From Podarcis gaigeae (taxonomy: Eukaryota), in assembly GCA_964106915.2 (NCBI GenBank), contig OZ066918.1: DNA of 64,000 bases, one strand, 5' to 3'. Positions within the stretch are counted from its first letter, which is position 1; every line of letters begins with the position of its first letter. The translations under genes were made by a program, and so were the position numbers. The notes beneath the pieces were generated by a model. It searched no databases. It was given only the letters and a program-made list of their open reading frames with translations, and was not told the DNA's origin. This document shows, piece after piece, positions 1-11,500 of the stretch.

Positions 1-163
1 TGCCTTTTGCAATATCTGGGAAGGGTATGTGTGAGAGAGATATGCCTTGCAATGAAGGAACTTTGAATACGCGATTCTTTATGGTCCAGTATTATAGCAT
101 TCTCACACACACTGTGATGTACGGTACTTTGTATACTGAATTTTCATTTTTAACTCTCTGCAG

Positions 164-199
164 GACTCACAGGCAATCCAGGCCGACCAGGAGCTAAAG
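164..199 (+). CDS. COL17A1: COL17A1 exon ([12 protein letters not shown])
   Basis: cag|...|gtgagt, 36 nt Gly-X-Y. Confidence 0.9.
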
Positions 200-1972
200 G
201 TGAGTAGAGATGAATATTGGATGTGCATGTTTTCAGTAGAAAATGCTCTTGTTCATACATTCAGACCAGGGCAACACTGCATTAGCCAGGCTATTTAGTC
301 CCTCAGATTGTCTAAGAACCCCTCTGCTGCAGTTAGCCTGCACACTGGATTTTGCCCTCTGTGACTACCTGTCTTAAGCATGCAGAGGCTCCTGTTTGTG
401 CAATTCCCTGTTCCTCAAAACAAAAGCAGGTGGAAAATCATTCTGTTCAGGACCTTAGGTGTTCTGGTGTTAATGTGGAGGCCTCTATTACCTGCCCAAA
501 CAGAGGGACTCATGCCCTTTCTCATCATACTACTATTACAGGTCTATGCAGCTTGCATAGCATATGAACCAGGAAAAGGTGAGGAGTAGAAGCAAAGAAT
601 TGCCCCTACTCTGCTGTCGGCTACAAAAGTCTCACATCCTCTGGCTTTGGATAGGGATGATGAGAAATATGGAGTACTACTGGTTGCTCACAGGGCCTTT
701 TCTAGGGTTGCATATTTCAAAAAGTGAAAATCCGGACACAAAAACACAAAGGTTGTTGAGCCAAACATCAACAATGCACCCAAGTTTCCCCAGACATTTT
801 AAACGATTTTCGGAAATTCCTCCAGGATGCTATTTCCGAAGGGCAAATCCTGGCTATGTCTGGGAAATTTTGGACATAAGGCAGCCCTGTCTTTTCTGAT
901 AACAGATGCATATACTTATGGTAATTCTGAGAATCATTTGGGGCAATTGCCATTAGAGCCACTTTTGTGTCCTTATACCAGCAATTGCCAATCTTACTAT
1001 AATAATCATCATTTGGCAAAGTATTTAATGGCACAGATATATCATGGGTCATAAACTTGTTATCATTGAAGCCTTGGTAACATTTTTCCCTTTCCTTTCC
1101 TGTTTCTTCAGGTGAACCAGGTGCACCAGGCCGGGTTACTACTTCAGGTATGTATCACTGCTGTAGCAGGAAAAGTCCCATGCCTGATAATTGTCATACT
1201 GCCATGGTGCCATAATCTTTCCTCACAAAGTGATTTGTGGAACTTTTTGCTGTTTCAGATGGTGCATCAACTATTTCTGTCCCAGGACCTCCAGGTCCAC
1301 CAGGGGCTGTTGGTCCTCAAGGCCCACCAGGTGTTCCAGGTGAGAACCTTTTTAAATTCCTTGCCCTTTTTATTTGCTTTATTCCTAATATTTCTCCATA
1401 TGTAGGGATGAAGGTGAAATCTGTTCGGTTCACATTTAAAGCTGAATTTTTCAAATACACGCTTTCCCAAACAATATGAGAACCGAAACATAGCCATCCT
1501 TTGAAATTTTCAGTTTTGTGATGCAGTTTTCAACCACCTAATATTCACAAAATGCATATATTTTAAAAAGGTTTGCATAAGAATCAAAAATACCTAACAT
1601 AAAACATGTTATATGAGGATAAATTGCTTGCAAAAATGTTTATGTTAGTCAAAACGGCAAATTTGTTTATTAGGAGAAATCTGCATTAAACTGCTGAAGA
1701 ATTATGAGGATTTTTTAAAAGAAAATTCTCAAACTGCTGCAGAAATGTTGAGAACAAAATTTTGAATAGAAAAAATGAAAAACAGAAAGAACTGAAATTT
1801 ACAGATCTTTCTGCTTTCATTTCAGTAATTGCTCTCAATATGGACTTTTACAGCTGTCTGCAAAGACTTGCTCCCTACTTGTCTCTCATTATCTGGCCAA
1901 TGTTCTGTTGAAAAGTTGGTGATGGGACTGATTTTGGGCTGATGCTTATAGCTTGAGACCCTCGTGTAGAGG

Positions 1973-2011
<39 letters not shown>

Positions 2012-5000
2012 TACTATTATGTATTAGCATTCTTTTTGCCTTGGTTGGTTGGGTTTAGTGCTATTTCTTGTGCTGTAGCTTCAAAAAACACATTGAATTG
2101 GAATACAACAATTTTCACATGATAGCATCCACATTTGTGTGAAGTGATCCCCAAACTTATCCACCAACTGAAATCTATCCCTTTCTAGAGAAGAGTACAT
2201 TCCTTTCTTTCTCAAACTAGCATACCTGCTGTAGCTGGAATTGCCTATCAGGACCTTTTCATTTAAGTGCCTTCTGTTTTCTCTACTCAATGAAACAGAG
2301 AATGCTCACAGAGTGCATTCCAAAAGTAAAGGGTGTTTTGGTGGGAAGTACAAAGAGAATAGGACAATGGGAGAAATCATTTGTTTCAAAGCTATCACAC
2401 ACTTGACAGTTGTGTACCATGCCAATGGCTATCAAAATCTGTTGAAATTTTAACTCAGCCTTTCAGGCAGTTATATTATTTGTAAGTTTCTGCTCCATTT
2501 CTCAAGAGGAGCTTCATCCACTAAGGTTGCTTTATCTACTAAGGTGATCTAACTTTCCCCCTCTTTCCCCGTAAGGTCCTATTGGCCCAGCTGGACTTCC
2601 TGGATCTCAAGGTAATACATTCAGTGCACCTTTGTTTTCCTGTCCCTGTCACTGCCCCTTATGATGTGTTTTTCCCTGTGCTCCACTTTAGCTCATCTTC
2701 TTTCAGCCTCCTCTGAAAGTTTCAGGGAGGTCACCTCCCTGAAACTCTGCAAAACACCTCCTCCCTGAAACTCTGCTTTTCTCCATAGTCTTTCTGCACC
2801 AGCCTAGCCTTGTTCCCCCCCTACACACGTTGCTACTTCCTCCCATCCTTATTACTTGTCTATCAAGCTGTGTTTCCTTCTTTCACACTGTAAACGCTTT
2901 GGGCAGGGATGTACTTGCTTTTGTTCGACAACCAGCTTCCATAAGCTTTCCTGCTAATTTCTGTCTTGCTGACATCTGTGGTGTGCTTGGTGGCGTGCAT
3001 GGCTCCAGGGCCATGTCTGAGCTTTGAAACACCCTGCCCAGAGAGGTCTGCTTCACCCACTTGCTGATGTTTTTTCACTATTTTGTGAAGATCTTTATTT
3101 TCTGACAGGCGCTTGGCCTGCTGAGCTGATGATTGTTTTATTGACTCTCTGGAAAAAGAGATGGTTGGGTTTTGTTGTTACCTTTTTTTGCCCCTCCATT
3201 CTTTTCTGTTTGCTAGGCTTTATGGTTTTAATATTTGCTGTAAGTTTCAGAGAAAGGGGTGGATGAATGAAAATAAATGCAGTGTAGATGGCAAATGATA
3301 CATTTCCAGACACAGCGTATCAATGACCTACAAGCCATGTACAGTGGTATCTCAGGTTACATATGCTTAAGGTTACATACGCTTCAGGTTACAGATTCCA
3401 CTAACCCAGAAATAGTTCCTAGGGTTAAGAACTTTGCTTCAGGATGAGAACAGAAATTGTGCTCTGGCAGTGGGAGGGCCCATTAGCTAAAGTGGTGCTT
3501 CAGGTTAAGAACAGTTTCAGGTTAAGTATGGACCTCCGGAACAAATTAAGTACTTAACCCGAGGTACCACTGTAGAGGATCCTTTCCACTGCGTATAGTA
3601 GACTGGAAGATTAGCAACATTAGCTCAAGTAGTACAATCCAAAAACAAGTCTTGTGCAATCTCTTACTTTCTTTTCCCCCCTCTTTTTTTTGGTACTACC
3701 TCCAAAATTTTTGGTTTAGTTTGTGTGGTGAGGAAAATTGATTATCTAAGGACTTTGTCATGTAATACAAATTACGGATCTCCTACATGCAAGGCAGTAA
3801 AGCCAAGGTGATGATAACACTATGGGTATATGTTGGTGTGTATACATGACCAATATATGTGGGTGGGTGTTATGCTGTTTCCTACAAGGAATAATTTTCC
3901 ATGCAGGAGACCTATAGCACATCAAGCAGCCATAATGCTTTTGGCAAACCTGTTCATTTAAGTAAGCGTTGGGGAACCTTCAGCCCTCCAGACATTGTTG
4001 GATCTCCAGCTTCCATCAGCCCCAAAAAGCATGGCCAGGGAGGATGGGATTTGTAGTCCAATCGCATCTAGAGGACCACGGGTTTCCCACACCAATTGAA
4101 ACTTCATTGCAGTCTTTCCACATTTGTCCACATTAAGGAATCCCCAGGTTTTTCTGGCCTTATCTCTCTCTGCAGTATCATCATTGCCATGCAAGACACA
4201 TAAACTGAGGACCAGTTCAGGTCCTATCTAGATTAGGTTTAAGCTAAAAAACATAATGCCTACATGCATATTAGGTGGAAACCAGAACCTGACAACTTGA
4301 GTTTCAGCCAGTGTGCTTATTTGTGCTTAATTAAATAGTCTGTCATTTCTTATGTTCTGATGCAGGTCCTCGTGGCGAGAAAGGTGACCCAGGTGAAGCC
4401 ACCATTGTGGAAACCGTCCGTTCAGGAGTTGGTGCTTCAGCTGCTCAAGGTAGAGAAAATTGTCTCTTCTGCACTTCTGTTTGTGAAGTCAACTCTTAAA
4501 ATACTGGCACTTTCTAAGAGACTGTTTATGCCTTCAAATGTTCTTGTGGTTTGTTGCTGCTCTTCCAAACAAGCCATAAGTCCAGGTTTGTATGACATGA
4601 CAAGCCAGACCATGGCTTCTTTTCTGGCAGGGTGGCAGCAGTAGGAATGGAGAGGAGTGAAGTACCCACAATTTTAGCAGTATAACCAAGGGCTAACCAA
4701 CACTTCCTCTTGTCTTACTGCTTTTTCCCAGGAAAAGCTGCTCTTTAGCACTCAGTCAGAGCAAACGGCAATTGAGGTTTCCCTTGGATTGCCATTTGTT
4801 CCAATATATTGCCAAAGAGTGGGTTTTCTTTTGGAAAGAAGCAGGCCAAGGGAGAAATCATTAAGACCCACTCAAGCAGAAAGCCCCTTAGACCTGTGCA
4901 TTCTAGGTATAGCCTAGATGAGATAAATTTGGATGAGCCCCAAGTTTATTTTAACTGTAATTTAATGTGACACATGTACCAGACCATTATCTTTACTTTG

Positions 5001-5471
5001 GAACAATAAACTTTTATCTCCAATTCAAAACCAAGTCAAACTAAGCCCAAACCTACTTATTGCTATAAAATAAGAGGGTGAGTGGTCATTTAGAGTCGCT
5101 GGTTTGTTTTAGAGACAGGGGGATCCTGAGTTAATTGAAATATCATTTTACTATATAGACCAAGTCAGATACTTAGCCCATCTAGTTTTCATTTATTGTA
5201 TTGGGGGTTTTTTTTGTTCTGCTTGCAATTTACCCTGCCAAAAAGAAAAAAAGACAGTTATTTTACGCTTAATCTTTGCCCCATGCCTCACACTTCAAGC
5301 AGGATAGAATGTTTTTTGGGCATTGTCACAAGATATTACTTTTTAGTGTTGGTCGTGTCACTTGTGAATGTTGGTGTGGATTTCAGTATGGAAGTGAACA
5401 ACTTTCAAGACAGTTGGTTGAATCTAAGTCATGCTCAGAGTAGACACTTTGAAATCAAGGGACTTGGGTTA

Positions 5472-5504
<33 letters not shown>

Positions 5505-8500
5505 CTTCTTCTTCTTCTTCTTCTAAATGTATATACCATATACCATCTTTCATTTTGGGAAGAAAGACCAATGCAGCTCAAGGTAAGTTAAGTGTATTGA
5601 TTTCAGCAGGTCTACTCTGAATGCACCTTAGTTAGACAGAACCCAAAGTGTACGTTCTAGTCAATGGAGCCTCTTTCATTTTGATTTATAGACACATGAG
5701 ATGAGTTAGCCATCCTTTCAAATACAACTGCTGTCTGGTTTCCTTTAATATTTTAACCCGTGAGATCATTTATTATTATTATTAAAAGCAGCCTGTTTCT
5801 GTTTCTAAAATATGCTGCGGTAGCAGCAGTTGTGTAATACTTCTGTTTCCCTTTTTTGTCTAGTGGTACCAGAGATGCAAGGACCGCCAGGACCCCCTGG
5901 ACCGCCAGGACCTCCAGGTATAGACTCTCTGTTCTATACTAGCATATAAGTGAAAAAATGGTGGTGAGGAAGCTAAGTAGAAAAAAATAAGCATGCTGTA
6001 AGTCTTCCTATACTAAAAAGGGAATTTCACACACAACCACTTTGCAGTTTATATGTACTTTTTTATATAAATATTCCCGATGGCTTCTAATCTGTCCCCT
6101 TGATAGTCTTGGCAGAAAACCAGCAGTTTTCTGATCAGCGTGATATAAAGTGAACTGAAGCATTTCATAGACACAAAGAGAGAAAGACAACATACACACT
6201 CTACTGAGTGCCCTGAAATCATGTTTATTTTAGCAGGTGGCAAGAAAAACAAGAACTGAGCTGCTGCCATCAAAAAAAAAAAATCAACATTGCAATACCT
6301 CGTATTCTGTTAGAATAAAACCTTTGTTAGAAATTAGCAGCTACTTAAATAGGTCACATTTTGTGTAGTTAAACTGCTGTACAAAATGGACTTTGCAAGA
6401 TATAACTTCTGAGTTGACTATGAACAAAAGTGTGCCTTAGTGAATATAAAGATTTAAAAACCTGGAAAGTTTGATAAACAGTCCTTTAATATTAGGTCAG
6501 ACAGAAAAAAACTGACCTCATCAGGCAACATCTTTGTTATGAGGTAGCAGCAGGAAATGCCTACACAATGTGCTGCATCCTAGCCTGTGGACAGCCTTAT
6601 ATCTCTGTCAAAGTCTATTGCTTCATGCACATGCCTAGCCAGCCATGGGCTGGTAGGTGGTACACTCTATTTGAGTCCCTTATCCATGGCTGCCACATGT
6701 CCAGTGACTGTGTGAATAGGCCCTAAAGCTGTCTCTATTTTTGGAAGTCGGTAGGTATGGAGGGAACAGAGAGGCAGGATAAAACTCCAAGCATTATGAA
6801 AAGAAATGGGAGTCCAGTGTAATACTTTCCCCTCTTTTTCCCCCAGGCGCTTTTGTTCAAGGCCCACCAGGACCTCGTGGCATACCAGGTAAAAAGGGCT
6901 TTTGTTTGATTTAAGAACTTCCCTTTGAGGGATTTTCAAAAGCTGCTCTATTGTTTTGGTGAAACGCAGTTTTAATGCACAGGTTTAATCCCCAAAGCGT
7001 TTCTGAAGAATTTGTTCAGTGAAAGCACAAGCTGATCTGCCTGTGTGATTTCCAGACTTCCCCCTCTCTTCCTTCAGTAATAATTGACAAGTCTCAGACC
7101 ATGTGTGTGATTACTTGTGACTTGGGAACTAAAATGTGACTTCAGTATGTGATAGCCTTGGTATATGCTACTTCAGGATAAAGCACTGTACTTTAGCCTC
7201 ACCCAGTTGGTTTTAGGTCCCACCCACCTGTCCCTCAGAGGGCTGGCAAGATAAGAATCTGGCCCTTGGGATAACAAAAGTTCCTTACTCTTGCTCTAGA
7301 TGATGTTGAGCTCCAGCGCCAACTAAGCCCTAATCACCATAGCCACTGGTTAGAGGTGATAGGAGTGGAAGCCTTACTCTACAGACTAGTGCAGTTGTAT
7401 AGGAGACTGAGTTTGCTAAGAGGGTTATGAATGTAGGTAGAATGAAAGCAGAAAACCAGAAGAGAACAGGTCTCTAAAACTCAACTTTTCCTTTGCTGCA
7501 ACCTGACCCAATGAATGGTCTGGAAGCAGCTAAAGCTGTAAAGTTGCTGGAGCAAAGTGGGTGAAGACCTGAACATTAAAAATAAAATAAAAAAAATTGG
7601 CATATTCACCAGCAGTGGTGCTGGTCTTAGTCCATTCTGCTGGTCAGACAGCAAGAGACCTTGAGTGTTCCCCATCACTAAGCACCAGAGATCTAATGGG
7701 CCTTTCTTAATTGCCAGCTCACTCACCCCTCAATAATTGAATAACTCTTTTTAAAATTTTCCTTATGGGAAACAGGAGCTATTGATGCACTGTAAAAACC
7801 TGGTTGTGTGGTTTCTAATCTTTCTCACAGGTGAACCAGGTCAGCCAGGTCTACCAGGAGCCTCTGTGTCAGGTGAGTCTAAATGCACTCTCTTTCTTAT
7901 CAGCCCCTTCCTCTCCTGCCTCTGAGTCTGACCTGCCCTCTTCCACAGCCTCTTTCTGATCACTAAACCCTGTTTCCCCTTCAGCTTCTGACACCACCTC
8001 CCCCTAGTCTGTTCCTTCTTCTCCCTCTGACCACTCATTGTCATCCCACCACCTGGCCCTGAACCTTCTTCCCTGGGGGTTTCCTAGCTGCTGCCTCCCC
8101 CCCCCCCACTTCTCTGCATCCAACCAGTCCATGACAATCAGCCTTCACCAACCTGGTGCTTTCCATACATTTTGGATTACAATTCCGTCAGCCCCAGCCA
8201 GCAGGGCCACAATGATCAGGGATGGTAGGTAGGCCGGAACATCTGGAGGGCACCATGTAATGAAGGAGGCTCTAAACAGTACAATGTCACATGTGAAGCC
8301 CCTGTTCTCTCCACCACCCCCTCTCCAGATTTCTCATTGCCATCTCCCTGATTCCTCTTTGCATTTCTCATTGCCATCTCCCTGATTCCTCTTTGCAGGT
8401 GCTGGAGTTGCCATCCAAGGACCACCTGGATTACCAGGACCACCTGGGCCCAAAGGAGAGAAAGGTTTGTGAAGAGCACTGAGCACCCTTTTGCATCTTG

Positions 8501-11500
8501 AACTTTGTGTGTGAGGCAAAATCTTTGCCTTTTGACATACTGTGATGAGCCTTGCTCCTAGCTGTAAAAGTGCCCAGCTATGATGTAATGTAAATCATTG
8601 TGGGTGACCCTCTTGAGAAAGCTCTTCTGCTGCTTTTCTTACCTCTTCCCACGGCAAAATAGATTATTACAGTTCTCCTAAGCCAGCAGTGGGGAACCTC
8701 AGGCTTAGAGGCCAAGTGTGACCCTGTAGGCTTTTCTGTGTGGCCCCCAGGACTCTTTCCAGGCCACCCGCCACTCCCCATGCCATGCCCTTTACCAGCC
8801 CTACTTCATCCCCTTGAGTGGTTGGAATGTGTCCTTGAACTCAGACAATGCCTTTTGGTTTCCTGTATTGAGGACAGATGGATGGGTGGAAGGGTGTAAA
8901 AACTAGCCTACTGTACAAAGGTAGTATTTGTGGTCACTGCTTTGCCCACTTTTGCCTCTGATCCCACCCACCACTGGCACGTGGCCCCCAGAAAATTGTC
9001 CTGATGGGAATGTGGCCCCATGCAGTCCACAGGCTTGCTGAATGGAGTCAATGAACACATGTTTTTCTTTGTTTTCCTGTTAGGTGATGCAGGTGTACCA
9101 GGAGCTCCAGGCATCCCTGGAGGAGGTAAGATGACAGCATACGTAATGTACACTTTTGTATATAGTATAAACCATCATAGCCATCCCTAGTGTTAAAGCT
9201 TTCTGAAATGTATTGTGTCTTCTTCCTGGGCAAATAAAATAAGGCAATTCAGCTCACAGAGCAGGGCTGAAAATCCCACTCATGCCACAGAGGTGCTGGG
9301 GGGCTTTGTCTCTGAGGAATCCTGGTCTGGGGCCATGACAGGTTAAGGAGGCCTGTCATTCTCCTGTCATGTGGCAAATGCAGGCTTGTGAAACACACAC
9401 AGTTGCTTTGTAATGCACTGTTTCATCCTATGTGTCAGTATAATGCACTTAACTGCAATGGTCTTTTTAGGCTGTGCCTTGCTTCCATAGTAATAAAAAC
9501 AAATCAACTTTTGTACTTCTGCAGCTGGATCAAGAGCATCTCAGGGTCTTCCAGGTCCCCCAGGTCCTCCTGGACCTCCAGGCCTAGGAATCAGTGGAAT
9601 CAGTTCGGCCCGAGACATTCAGCTGATGATCGCTGACTATCTGCAAAGTAAGTCACACACCTTTTGTTGGAGTCATACTATCATGTCACTATCTGACAGC
9701 ACTCAGTTCAGACACCTTTGGGGGTTTGGGGAAAGTCTGGAGCTTGTTTGCCTTCCGATCATCTAATATCTGATTTATTGTGGACATTTCAGATTGCAGG
9801 TAGAAGGGGGCTGGAATGCCTCCTGCCATTCAAAACTTAAGTTTCAATATACCCCAATGAAATTTTCCAGTTAAACCTTCAGCAGAATACATATATGTAC
9901 TTTTCATTTCAATGTCAATTAAACCATTGTACTTAACAGGCAGGGGTTCATGGAAGTTGTCCAACAACTGGAGAGGCAGGGGTTTCCTACCTCTGGTCCA
10001 GGTATATGGCTCCTCCCTAGGGTCTAAGAGAACCTTAGCACTAAACAAATAATACAGACCAATATATTAAAAAGCTTGGACTCTGGATCCCAAAGTACCC
10101 TACTTAAACCTTTGTATGAGAGCAGATAACAAATTATTCTATGGTAGGAGCAGCCAAGGGGTGATGTAGAATAATCAAGAGTGTGTGTGATTTCGTAGGG
10201 TTATGCTAGTGGAGCTGCAGGAGAACCACAAAAACCATGTAATCACCACATCCATCCACTCCAATAATGATTGCACTCTGCCCTTCTGCTTCACTAGGTG
10301 ACAGTGCATCCTATCTGGTTGGACCTCCTGGTCCTCCAGGACCACCAGGAATGATTACCGCCATTGGTGAGGAATCTTTGGACTACACTGAATTGGCCCG
10401 CCGTGTCGTGAGCTATATGTCTGGTAAGCACCATGCTTTCATGGCTCGTCAATTTTGTTCCATCTCTGGACAAACCAGAAAAGCGGGACTAATTTTCTTT
10501 TATTTTCTTAGGAGTGGATGTTCGCCAGTATTTCATTGGACCCCAAGGTCCCCCAGGACCCCCTGGCCCCCCTGGACTGGGAGGAGACAGCTTATCTGTG
10601 TCCCTGGACTATGATGAATTGACAAGACGGGTTGTCAGCTATATAACAAGTAATGTCATATGCATATCTATTATGTTGCACCAAGTGATTTCCCCACAGC
10701 ACTGTGAGATGCAAATTGGCTTTTTGGTACTACATGTTGGCTGCAGGCCCCTTCGTAAATTTTGCAACCACATGTTGTGTGTGTATGGTTACGCACTCCT
10801 TGGTATAGAAATCCCTTAGGATGCCACACACAGGTGGGGCCTATAGTTATAGGATGCTTATTCTTTACCCATTTGCCACCACCCAATATCTTCATGTGTA
10901 CTCACTTTTTGCTACAAGGGCTCTCAGGGTATGTCCCACTATGTTTGGATGATATGCTGTAGTGGTCAGTAAGAATATACTATTGTTGATTTCCATTTAC
11001 ACTGAATAATCCATTTTTTTGGTGGCTGTTAGTTCACAGAATTCTCAGAGTAAACTGAAGAGTTGATCCAGAGAACATTTTCAGGAATTTAGGATGTGAA
11101 GCACTGTAATATTATTTTCCCCCTAACATTTCTCTACAAAACACTACATGTGCTTTGAAAATAAATCTTACAGAGATGCTTTCAATAATCCAGTATTTAG
11201 CACATTTACTGCTTCAACACACTAAGAGCCACACCATAGTGGGTTAAGGGTACTATGTTGTTGGTAAACTGCAGTTCCCAGGATTCATTGAGGCAAGTTA
11301 TGTGATTTAAATGTACGGTGTGGATGTGAGCATCTTGCCAGAACCACAATCATGAATTGCAGTAGTGACTGGAACTATAGTAAGCCTTGCAATCCTATCA
11401 AGCCATCTTGGGAAATCTTATGGACTCACAACTATTGGATTTTGGGCTTTCCTACAATGACCAATGGTTCATAGACACCCAACTTGGATTTACCCCTCTG

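Noticed and set aside
5196-5591. 131-aa ORF with poly-Leu
   Set aside because: Produced by an intronic (CTT)n microsatellite.
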